Source: Candidatus Micrarchaeota archaeon
GTDB lineage: Archaea > B1Sed10-29 > JAJRYS01
Length of the DNA stretch: 14,947 nucleotides
NCBI GenBank assembly: GCA_964496415.1
Contig: CAZBZN010000017.1
Location: forward strand, 1 to 14,947
Reading direction: 5' to 3'
Shown here: piece after piece, positions 1 to 9,347 of the stretch
Position numbering within the stretch: position 1 is the stretch's first letter
How the letters are laid out: each line of letters starts with the position of its first letter
Position numbers and translations under genes: made by a program
Notes under the pieces: model-generated
Database searches by the model: none
The model's input: the letters and a program-made list of their open reading frames with translations, nothing else
Told to the model about the DNA's origin: nothing

Positions 1-1235
1 GTGTTAAGAGGAGAAAGTTTAAGGTTTCGCCTCCTTGTCCTTTTAATACTACTGAGTTTTTGAGAGCTGCTACTTCTCTTGGTTTTCAGCCAGAGCCAGC
101 AATGAATATTGCTGAAAAGCTTTACATGATGGGTTATATTTCTTACCCAAGGACTGATAACACTCATTATCCAAAGCTTGATTTTAAAAGCATACTTAAG
201 AAACTTTCAACTCTCGATGAGTTCAGAGTCCTTGCTGAGAAGCTAATTTCAAAAAAACAATTGACTCCTACTCATGGAAAGAAAAAAGCAACTGACCATC
301 CTCCAATTCATCCAGTGGCTGCTGCTGATAAGAAAAAGCTCAGTGAAAGAGAATGGAAGATTTATGAGCTTATAGTAAGAAGATTCATGGCAACGCTTGC
401 TGATGATTATGTCGGCGAGTCAATGGATGTCGAGTTAAGCATTAATGATGAAAAGTTTGTTGCAAAGGGAAAAAGGACTTTAGAAAGGGGCTGGAGGGAT
501 TACTATCCTTACTCTAAAGTTGAAGAAGTGATACTGCCTGACTTGAGTAAAGGGGATACTGTTGAAGTGTTGAAGATTTACTCTGAGAAAAAGCAGACAA
601 AGCCTAAGCCAAGGTTTTCTCCTTCTGTTTTGATAAAGTTGATGGATGAAAAGAATCTTGGGACTAAATCAACCAGGCCGACTATAATTCAAAAGCTCAT
701 TGATAGGGGTTATATTCAGGGGAGGAAGAACTTTAAGCCTTCTCAGATTTCTTTTGCTGTAATCGATACTCTTGAAAAGCATGCAGGGGATATTACTAAT
801 CCTAAGATGACTGCTTTACTTGAAAGAGAAATGGACTTGGTTGAGAAAGGAAAAAAGAAAAAAGAAGAAGTGGTTGAAGAGTCAAGGAATTTGCTTTTGA
901 AGATTCTTAAAGAGCTTGAAGACAAAAAACAAGGGATTGGTGAAAAGTTAAGAGATGCTTTGAAGCAGGATAAAGTCTTGGGTAAGTGCCCTGAATGTGG
1001 CGGTGACTTAGTGATTATTAAGACAAAGAAAGGCACGAGGTTTGTTGGATGTAGTAATTACTCAAAAGGCTGTAGGATTAGTTTTCCGTTACCTGCAAAG
1101 GGAAAAATAACAATCCTTAAAAAGAAGTGCCCTGAATGCGGGCTTCCAATGATAAGAGTTAAGATGAAAGGCAAGAGAGCTTTTGAAATGTGCATTAACC
1201 ATAAGTGCAAGTCAAAAGAAAAGTGGGGGAAATAA
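1..1235 (+). CDS. topA: DNA topoisomerase type IA (5'-truncated by window edge)
   Basis: Frame is open from base 3 (VKRRKFKVSPPCPFNTTEFLRAA). It carries the catalytic Tyr motif GYISYPRTD, plus DHPPIHP, LGTKSTR and two C-terminal C4 zinc ribbons (CPECGG..., CPECGL...). The TTG at 60 is not the true start. Confidence 0.96.
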   Translation, partial: VKRRKFKVSPPCPFNTTEFLRAATSLGFQPEPAMNIAEKLYMMGYISYPRTDNTHYPKLDFKSILKKLSTLDEFRVLAEKLISKKQLTPTHGKKKATDHPPIHPVAAADKKKLSEREWKIYELIVRRFMATLADDYVGESMDVELSINDEKFVAKGKRTLERGWRDYYPYSKVEEVILPDLSKGDTVEVLKIYSEKKQTKPKPRFSPSVLIKLMDEKNLGTKSTRPTIIQKLIDRGYIQGRKNFKPSQISFAVIDTLEKHAGDITNPKMTALLEREMDLVEKGKKKKEEVVEESRNLLLKILKELEDKKQGIGEKLRDALKQDKVLGKCPECGGDLVIIKTKKGTRFVGCSNYSKGCRISFPLPAKGKITILKKKCPECGLPMIRVKMKGKRAFEMCINHKCKSKEKWGK

Positions 1236-1240
1236 ACGCT

Positions 1241-1252
1241 TCTTTTTTATAA
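1241..1252 (+). promoter_or_regulatory. T-tract/TATA-like element (possible topA terminator and/or promoter of the 1277 gene)
   Basis: TCTTTTTTATAA lies just after the topA stop; its TTTATAA (1246-1252) is about 25 nt before ATG 1277. Confidence 0.4.
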
Positions 1253-1276
1253 TTCTGTTTCCATTAAAGAAGGTAT

Positions 1277-1900
1277 ATGAGAAAAAAGTCTTTGAAGGAG
1301 ATATTTGAATTTAATCATGTTGGATTTGCTAAGTTGAATAAAAATGAAGTAAAGATTTTCAAAGAATTAATAGATTTAATAGCAGAAGATGAGTCAGCAG
1401 CATTAGTTATTAACCCTTCTACTACTTTTCCAAAAGAGAATAAATTACGCTCTGAAGAAAAGGAAATAATAGAATACGCATTAAAAAAAATCCCTCCTGA
1501 GAGATTGGTTGTTGCTGAGACGAATGATTATGAGAAGATTCTTAATGATGCTGAAAAAAAGTTAAAAGACAAGATTGCTAGAAGTACTAAGCTAATTCCA
1601 ATGGGTGTTTATGCTGAAAGCTGTAATCTTACTTACTCATTTCCACTTGCAGAAAGGCTTAAAATAGATCCTAAAAATGTATTACCTTACTTACGTTTTT
1701 CAAAGTCTATTTTAGGAAAGAGAATGGACATAACTAGTCCTGGTCCTTTTTTTAGAAAGAAAATCCCTGGAAAGAGAGGGTATGTGTTTGAATTTGACAA
1801 GCAGGCTGCTGAAAAATATAAGCGTTTGCTTGAAGATAAAGGAGGGGTGCTCAGGCCAGTGCCATCTATTTTAAGAAGATTGAAGAGGCGTAAGAAATGA
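1277..1900 (+). CDS. Hypothetical protein, possibly a degenerate cysteine-hydrolase (isochorismatase-like) fold
   Basis: 207-aa ORF filling the gap, preceded by GAAGGT, with an ATGA overlap into the next gene. LIPMGVYAESCNL resembles the hhhGxxxExC motif. Function is weak inference. Confidence 0.7.
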   Translation: MRKKSLKEIFEFNHVGFAKLNKNEVKIFKELIDLIAEDESAALVINPSTTFPKENKLRSEEKEIIEYALKKIPPERLVVAETNDYEKILNDAEKKLKDKIARSTKLIPMGVYAESCNLTYSFPLAERLKIDPKNVLPYLRFSKSILGKRMDITSPGPFFRKKIPGKRGYVFEFDKQAAEKYKRLLEDKGGVLRPVPSILRRLKRRKK

Positions 1901-2679
1901 AGGTTGAGTTAGACCCTAAGAAGTCAGTTGAAGCAAATGCTGCAGTGTATTATGAAAAAGCAAAAAAGTACAGGAAGAAGATTGAAGGAGTTAAGAAGGC
2001 TATAGAGGAAACGAAAAGGTTACTTGAAAAAGCAGAATTAGAGCATGTTAAAAAGACTAAGCTTAAGAAAAGAAGAGAAAAAGAGTGGTTTGAGAAGTTT
2101 CACTGGATGTTTATTGATGGGCATTTAGTAATCGGTGGCAGGGATGCTAAAAGTAACGAATTGCTTGTTAAAAAGCACATGGAAAAGAATGACTTGTTTT
2201 TTCATGCAGATGTTCATGGAGCATCTGTAGTGATTGTGAAGAATGGTCAAGAGTTAGATGATAGTGACTTGGAAAAAGCAGCAGTTTTTGCTGGTTGTTT
2301 TTCAAACGCCTGGAAAGCTGGAAGAGGTACTGTTGATGTTTACTGTGTTAAACCAGAACAAGTGAAGACTGCTGCAAAAGCAGGGGAATACCTTGCAAAA
2401 GGAAGTTTTGTAATAGAAGGTCAGAGAAAATGGTTTAAAAATGTTGAGCTGAAGCTTTGTCTTTCTTTTGATGGTTCAAAGCTTTTTATTGCTCCTTGCG
2501 AGATGATCAAAGGCAAGAAAGTCATGATTGCTCCTGATGTTAAAAAAACGAAAGGAGAGTCTGCAAGAGAAATCCTTAAAGCAATTCACAAGTTATTCCC
2601 AGAATCAACAGAAGCAGTTGATGTTAACTGGGTTATTGAATTGATTCCTAATGGTGGTAGTAGGATCATTCGCAGATAA
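1897..2679 (+). CDS. NFACT RNA-binding domain protein (short Rqc2/RqcH-like, DUF814)
   Basis: Motifs LDPKKSVEANAAVYYEKAKK, WFEKFHW, IGGRDAKSNELLVKK, FFHADVHGAS and GEYLAKGSFVIEG typical of the coiled-coil plus NFACT-R part of NEMF/Rqc2. Only 260 aa. Confidence 0.9.
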   Translation: MKVELDPKKSVEANAAVYYEKAKKYRKKIEGVKKAIEETKRLLEKAELEHVKKTKLKKRREKEWFEKFHWMFIDGHLVIGGRDAKSNELLVKKHMEKNDLFFHADVHGASVVIVKNGQELDDSDLEKAAVFAGCFSNAWKAGRGTVDVYCVKPEQVKTAAKAGEYLAKGSFVIEGQRKWFKNVELKLCLSFDGSKLFIAPCEMIKGKKVMIAPDVKKTKGESAREILKAIHKLFPESTEAVDVNWVIELIPNGGSRIIRR

Positions 2680-3310
2680 TCCCATGCTTTACTATTTCAA
2701 ACTCTTTTTCTTCATTGTCTTTTTTCATAAAATGTTTCACAAGTCTTATTACTCTCTTTTTTCCCTCTTTTTTCATTTCAAGGATTACTTTTGAGTAATA
2801 TTTTAAGAGCTCTCCCCCTACTGGTTCTATTTTTTTGGTTTCAAGGTTTTGGTACACTTGGTTAGTTATTATGACTGCGGCGTTGTTTTTACGAGCATAT
2901 TCTAAAAGAATTTCAAGTAATTTTTCAAGGTCTTTGGTTAATCTTTGGTAGTTCTCCTCTTTTCTTTCAACCCTATAAAGGGAAGTCATTGAATCAACTA
3001 TCACCAGATCAAACCTGCTTTTTAGGTTTGTCAGGAAGTTTTTTTGTTCTTCAAAAGAATGGATTTCAGCCACGTGTATCTTTTTCAGAAGTCTTTTATC
3101 TTCAAAGATTTGGCTTACTCTTTTTTCATGAAAACTTCCTTCAGTGTCAACAAAAAGCACTTTTTTCCCGATTTTTGCAGCAGAATAAGCAGTTATTAAG
3201 CATAAGTTTGTTTTTCCAGTTGCTGGTCCGCCGTAAACTTGAGTTATTACCTTTTTAGAAATTCCACCGCCTAAAAGCTTGTCTATCCCAAAACAACCTG
3301 TAGGAATCAT
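2666..3310 (-). CDS. radB: DNA repair and recombination protein RadB
   Basis: IPTGCFGIDKLLGGG, Walker A GGPATGKT, Walker B LVIVDS, ITNQV, PVGG and the C-terminal basic LVKH patch. At 214 aa it lacks the RadA N-terminal domain. Confidence 0.9.
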   Translation of the reverse strand: MIPTGCFGIDKLLGGGISKKVITQVYGGPATGKTNLCLITAYSAAKIGKKVLFVDTEGSFHEKRVSQIFEDKRLLKKIHVAEIHSFEEQKNFLTNLKSRFDLVIVDSMTSLYRVERKEENYQRLTKDLEKLLEILLEYARKNNAAVIITNQVYQNLETKKIEPVGGELLKYYSKVILEMKKEGKKRVIRLVKHFMKKDNEEKEFEIVKHGIICE

Positions 3311-3376
3311 TAGTTATTTTTTAACTTGTGTTGTTTAATATTGTTTTGTTGATGAATTTTAAAATGTTTGGCTTTT

Positions 3377-3390
3377 AGAAATATTTATAA
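3377..3390 (+). promoter_or_regulatory. Putative BRE/TATA promoter for the 3410 gene
   Basis: AGAAATATTTATAA ends about 20 nt before ATG 3410 and there is no RBS, consistent with a leaderless transcript. Confidence 0.45.
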
Positions 3391-3409
3391 TGTTTAAAAA
3401 GAAAATTTA

Positions 3410-4099
3410 ATGGGGGATATTTTGTTTAGAAGGAAATTTAGAAAAAAGCATGAGAAACTTAAAACTCCTAGGGTTGTCTTTGAGTTAAAAAGTGTGTTAC
3501 CTGAAAAAGTACTTCCTAAGAAGGAACGTGTAAGGACTCAGGTAGTTCTTAAGCCAGGGGAGTATATTGTTGGAAGACATCCTAAAAAGCACGAGATTGT
3601 TGTACGTAATGCTAAAACAAATAAGGTTGTGGCTACTTATAAAGTTCCAACCGAACTTCATGGTATTCCAGAAGAAGTTTCTTCAGCATTTGTTTTTCCT
3701 GAAGCGTCACGTGAGCATTTTAAGATAACAGTAGATTCAAAGGGTATTGCGCGAATAGAGGAAATTGGAAAATACACTGACAAGAAAACTTTTTTTGTTG
3801 GCAAGAAAGAAGCTGTTAAAAGAGCAGAAATTCCTTTTGGATCTTCTTGGCGTTTTGTACCAAAATTATCAGTATCACAGCGGGAAGATGCTAAGAGATT
3901 TCTTGAAAGAAGAGGGGTAAAAACAAAAGGTTTGTCTGATGAGGCTTTGATTAAGAGATATTATGAAGAGCGTGAAGCTCTTAAAAAAGAAATGGAAAAA
4001 GAGGGGTTTAATGTTTCTATGTTTGCTGGTCTTAGTGCAAATGAGAAGTTGGATATTTTTGAAAAATTGAAAAAAGCTAAAAAGGAAGGGTTAATTTAG
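3410..4099 (+). CDS. Divergent FHA-domain-containing protein
   Basis: EYIVGR (G55-R56), SREHFKI (S100, R101, H103) and IEEIG...TFF follow the FHA motif order GR / SRxH / DLGSxNGTF. Helical, charged C-terminus. Confidence 0.6.
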   Translation: MGDILFRRKFRKKHEKLKTPRVVFELKSVLPEKVLPKKERVRTQVVLKPGEYIVGRHPKKHEIVVRNAKTNKVVATYKVPTELHGIPEEVSSAFVFPEASREHFKITVDSKGIARIEEIGKYTDKKTFFVGKKEAVKRAEIPFGSSWRFVPKLSVSQREDAKRFLERRGVKTKGLSDEALIKRYYEEREALKKEMEKEGFNVSMFAGLSANEKLDIFEKLKKAKKEGLI

Positions 4100-4133
4100 C
4101 TTGTTTTGAAATGTAATTTCACTGTCAACAATC

Positions 4134-4169
4134 CAAAAAGTATATAAATATGCTTGTATACAATTATAC
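4134..4169 (+). promoter_or_regulatory. BRE/TATA promoter with tandem inverted-repeat operator candidate
   Basis: CAAAAAG-TATATAAATA (TATA 4141-4150) lies about 20 nt before ATG 4171. GTATA-N4-TATGC at 4140-4153 and GTATA-N4-TATAC at 4156-4169. Confidence 0.6.
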
Positions 4170-4170
4170 C

Positions 4171-4419
4171 ATGGATGAGACTACTGCTAGACTGCTTAGA
4201 AAAGATGCTTTACTGATAAAGCAGATACAAAACTGTTTAAAAGCAGAAGGCATTAATGTAACGCAGTCAGACATCATCCATGAAATGCTTTGTTTTCTGG
4301 CAAAGCATCAGGAAGAGTTTATAAGAGAACTTGAAAGAATAGAAGAAGAAAGAAAAAAACATGAAAAAGTTTTTGAACAATGGATGCGTTTCATATTCAA
4401 GAAAATGCAACAATTATGA
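4171..4419 (+). CDS. Small putative DNA-binding protein (ribbon-helix-helix/antitoxin-like)
   Basis: MDETTARL (strand), a helix, GINVTQSDIIHEML (second helix) and a coiled-coil tail. Start moved from 4150 to 4171 because 4150 lies in the TATA box. It ends 6 nt before cdc48. Confidence 0.6.
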   Translation: MDETTARLLRKDALLIKQIQNCLKAEGINVTQSDIIHEMLCFLAKHQEEFIRELERIEEERKKHEKVFEQWMRFIFKKMQQL

Positions 4420-7127
<2,708 letters not shown>

Positions 7128-7164
7128 AGAACCACTTTACTGAAGTTTTAACCATTAACAGTTA

Positions 7165-7186
7165 AGCAAAATTTATAACTTTTGCT
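7165..7186. promoter_or_regulatory. Palindromic bidirectional BRE-TATA promoter
   Basis: AGCAAAATTTATAACTTTTGCT is a 22-nt palindrome with one mismatched pair, lying between the divergent starts at 7127(-) and 7203(+). Confidence 0.6.
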
Positions 7187-7202
7187 GTTAAAAAACTTTA
7201 TC

Positions 7203-7376
7203 ATGAGGACTCAACTTTCAGCTGAGTTTTTAATCATCATGACTATGATAGTAAGTATTGCTTTGTTTTTATTAGCTTCAGTTTCAAGCCAAGCAAGTCT
7301 TTTTAGTAGCAAGCTTAATTCTTCAGCTGACAAGCTGCTTGACAAAATAGACTTAATAGTTAATTCTTCAAGGTGA
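7203..7376 (+). CDS. Small type IV pilin-like protein (class III signal peptide), 57 aa
   Basis: MRT|QLSAEFLIIMTMIVSIALFLL has QxSxE followed by a hydrophobic helix. ATG 7203 fits the leader and TATA spacing better than TTG 7182. Confidence 0.8.
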   Translation: MRTQLSAEFLIIMTMIVSIALFLLASVSSQASLFSSKLNSSADKLLDKIDLIVNSSR

Positions 7377-7380
7377 GTTT

Positions 7381-7533
7381 ATGAAGTCACAGGTTTCAGC
7401 AGAGGCATTAATCATTGCTGCTGTTTTGGTCGCAGTTGCTTTTTTAGCTTCTAAGTCAATTGACTCTTCTATGAAAAGCTTAAGCAAAAAGTATTCTTCA
7501 AAAGTAAAAGGAGTCATTAAAGCTTTGAAGTGA
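7381..7533 (+). CDS. Small type IV pilin-like protein, 50 aa (not in supplied ORF track)
   Basis: Manual translation: MKS|QVSAEALIIAAVLVAVAFLASKSIDSSMKSLSKKYSSKVKGVIKALK*. RBS AGGTGAG lies just upstream and the ORF fills the gap with 4-nt spacers on both sides. Confidence 0.85.
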   Translation: MKSQVSAEALIIAAVLVAVAFLASKSIDSSMKSLSKKYSSKVKGVIKALK

Positions 7534-7537
7534 TCTT

Positions 7538-7882
7538 ATGAATTCTCAGGCTTCTATTGAGTTTTTAATCATTAGTCTTATTCTTTTTTCAGTTGTTTTT
7601 TTGCTTGTGTCTTCAAGTGCAGGAGTTGTTGGAAGATTTTCACAGGTGATGTTTAAGATTAACGCAAAGAGCGTTGGTGAAGAAGTGAGACAGCTTTGTT
7701 TTTTGAAGAAAGTAACAGGAACTCCTCAAGCTCGTTGGCTTTTCTGCTATGATGACTATGAGGTAATCTCTCATGATGGCAGGGGAAAAGTGATTGGCTC
7801 AGGGGAGGTTTTGTATTCTTTTGATTGTGCTTGTGAGGTTAGTTTGTCTTTGAATAAAGGAAACTGCTATGCTGTCGTTTGA
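7538..7882 (+). CDS. Type IV pilin-like protein (class III signal peptide), 114 aa
   Basis: MNS|QASIEFLIISLILFSVVFLLV, then an amphipathic helix and a Cys-containing beta-rich C-terminus. Confidence 0.8.
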   Translation: MNSQASIEFLIISLILFSVVFLLVSSSAGVVGRFSQVMFKINAKSVGEEVRQLCFLKKVTGTPQARWLFCYDDYEVISHDGRGKVIGSGEVLYSFDCACEVSLSLNKGNCYAVV

Positions 7883-8041
7883 ACAATTGATTCTTGAGCA
7901 AACTTCGTCAAGGTCTATTTTCATGGTTTTTAAGTAAAGCTCGTTTAAGTTTGGCTTTTGGTAAGTAATGAAAAGCCAGGCTGATGCAGTGATTATTAAA
8001 AGCATGCTTATTATTACCTCTACAGTAAAGAATCCTTTCAT
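7799..8041 (-). CDS. Pilin-like protein (class III signal peptide), 80 aa
   Basis: MKG|FFTVEVIISMLLIITA has KG, E at +5 and a hydrophobic helix. It starts 4 nt after the preceding minus-strand gene and its 3' end overlaps the convergent gene by 84 nt. Confidence 0.7.
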   Translation of the reverse strand: MKGFFTVEVIISMLLIITASAWLFITYQKPNLNELYLKTMKIDLDEVCSRINCSNDSIAVSFIQRQTNLTSTIKRIQNLP

Positions 8042-8045
8042 AGTT

Positions 8046-8498
8046 TCACCATGAAAACATTAACATGCAGGCATTTTCTTTGTTTTTTTCAGTGCAAGAA
8101 ACTAATCTTACTAGTTTTATATTTTTGCATTTCCCATAGTGTGTTGTTTTTGTTTTTAGGCTAATACAAAGATTTTTTATTCCAAATAATGATGAATAGT
8201 TTGTTTTTTCAAATTCTTTGAATTTTGTTAAGTTCACCGAGTTAAACACTGTTGAGTTTTTCTTATATTCAGCCAGTCCGATTATTGTAAAGTTTTCAGC
8301 AGTCCAGTCTAATGGTTCTCCTGTGGTCGTTATAAGTAATTCTGAGATAAGGAATACTTTTGCTGTTTTTTCAAACTCAGAGTAATCTTTTGAAATTGTT
8401 ATGATGAAGCTATAGTAGTTTCTTAAGAAGAATCCTAAAAACATAACGCAGAGGATAAATCCTATCATGAAATCAGTGCTTAGCTGACTTTTTTTCAT
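8046..8498 (-). CDS. Pilin-like protein (class III signal peptide), 150 aa
   Basis: MKKS|QLSTDFMIGFILCVMFLGFF, plus an internal SELLITTTGEPLDW...IGLA motif of the kind seen in archaeal minor pilin-like proteins. ATGA overlap with the upstream gene. Confidence 0.8.
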   Translation of the reverse strand: MKKSQLSTDFMIGFILCVMFLGFFLRNYYSFIITISKDYSEFEKTAKVFLISELLITTTGEPLDWTAENFTIIGLAEYKKNSTVFNSVNLTKFKEFEKTNYSSLFGIKNLCISLKTKTTHYGKCKNIKLVRLVSCTEKNKENACMLMFSW

Positions 8499-8788
8499 TT
8501 AAACCAGATCCTGTTTGGCTTTACTTCAATTCCTTTTGAGGTTATTTTTGTTTTTGCAAAGCATTTTCCTTTTGGTTTACTTAGCAGCTTCATTGAAAAT
8601 CTTTCACCATTAAGGTAAGCAATGCTACAATAAGAGTAGAATACAAGAGCTTTTGCTTTTTCATTTAATTTTACTTTTTCTTGTATTTGGATTGTTTTAG
8701 TGAATGAGTTGATGAAAGTACCTGAGATTATAAGGCTTATGAGGAGTAATAGCATTAATTCAAGACTTGTTTGAGTTCTTACTCGCAT
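8495..8788 (-). CDS. Pilin-like protein (class III signal peptide), 97 aa
   Basis: MRVRT|QTSLELMLLLLISLIISG; overlaps both neighbouring genes. Confidence 0.75.
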   Translation of the reverse strand: MRVRTQTSLELMLLLLISLIISGTFINSFTKTIQIQEKVKLNEKAKALVFYSYCSIAYLNGERFSMKLLSKPKGKCFAKTKITSKGIEVKPNRIWFK

Positions 8789-9246
8789 GGAATCACTTCT
8801 ATTGCAGTTGCTTTTGAAAAGTTCTTTTCAAAAACAAACCCGCAGGCTTTGCTTGGTATAAAATAGTTCTTAGAGTAAGAAGAATTGAACTTTACCACAA
8901 GTTTTCTTTTTACTATTGAGATGAATGCCTCACATTTAGGATTGTTAAGTATCTTTTGAGTTATTTCATCAACTTCATAATTTTTTCTTAGGAACCCATA
9001 CCATAATTTTGAATTGGTTTCTTTTGCTATTTCTTTTATTTTTTCACATGCCGTCTTTGGGTTTTCTTTTAATGCTTTTTTGAACAATGTTTTTACTTTA
9101 ATCCTCCATTCTCTTATAGTGAAGTGAGTCATAAGTAAGGTTTTAGTTTCTTTTTCTTCCAAAAGCGTCTTGGAATAATCAACAATTGTTAAAAAGATTA
9201 AAACAATGCTGAAGAAGAAAATTGTTGCTCCAAGAAAAGCTTTCAT
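8779..9246 (-). CDS. Membrane-anchored, probably pilin-like protein, 155 aa
   Basis: MKA|FLGATIFFFSIVLIFLTIV has KA and a hydrophobic helix but no acidic residue at +5. First gene of the minus-strand operon, with TATA-like TTTAATAA at 9275-9268. Confidence 0.65.
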   Translation of the reverse strand: MKAFLGATIFFFSIVLIFLTIVDYSKTLLEEKETKTLLMTHFTIREWRIKVKTLFKKALKENPKTACEKIKEIAKETNSKLWYGFLRKNYEVDEITQKILNNPKCEAFISIVKRKLVVKFNSSYSKNYFIPSKACGFVFEKNFSKATAIEVIPCE

Positions 9247-9347
9247 GATAAGATATTTTTTAAAGCTTTATTAAAGAATTGTCTAACTTTTTACAGTTTA
9301 TTATGGCTTCAACTAGTTTTTTATTTTCACTAAGAGTAATTGTGAGC

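Noticed and set aside
743..3258. ORFs 743-1036(-) and 2989-3258(+)
   Set aside because: Antisense shadows of topA and radB.
4171..4419. Possible toxin-antitoxin module
   Set aside because: The ORF looks antitoxin-like, but no PIN, RelE or other toxin gene is adjacent.
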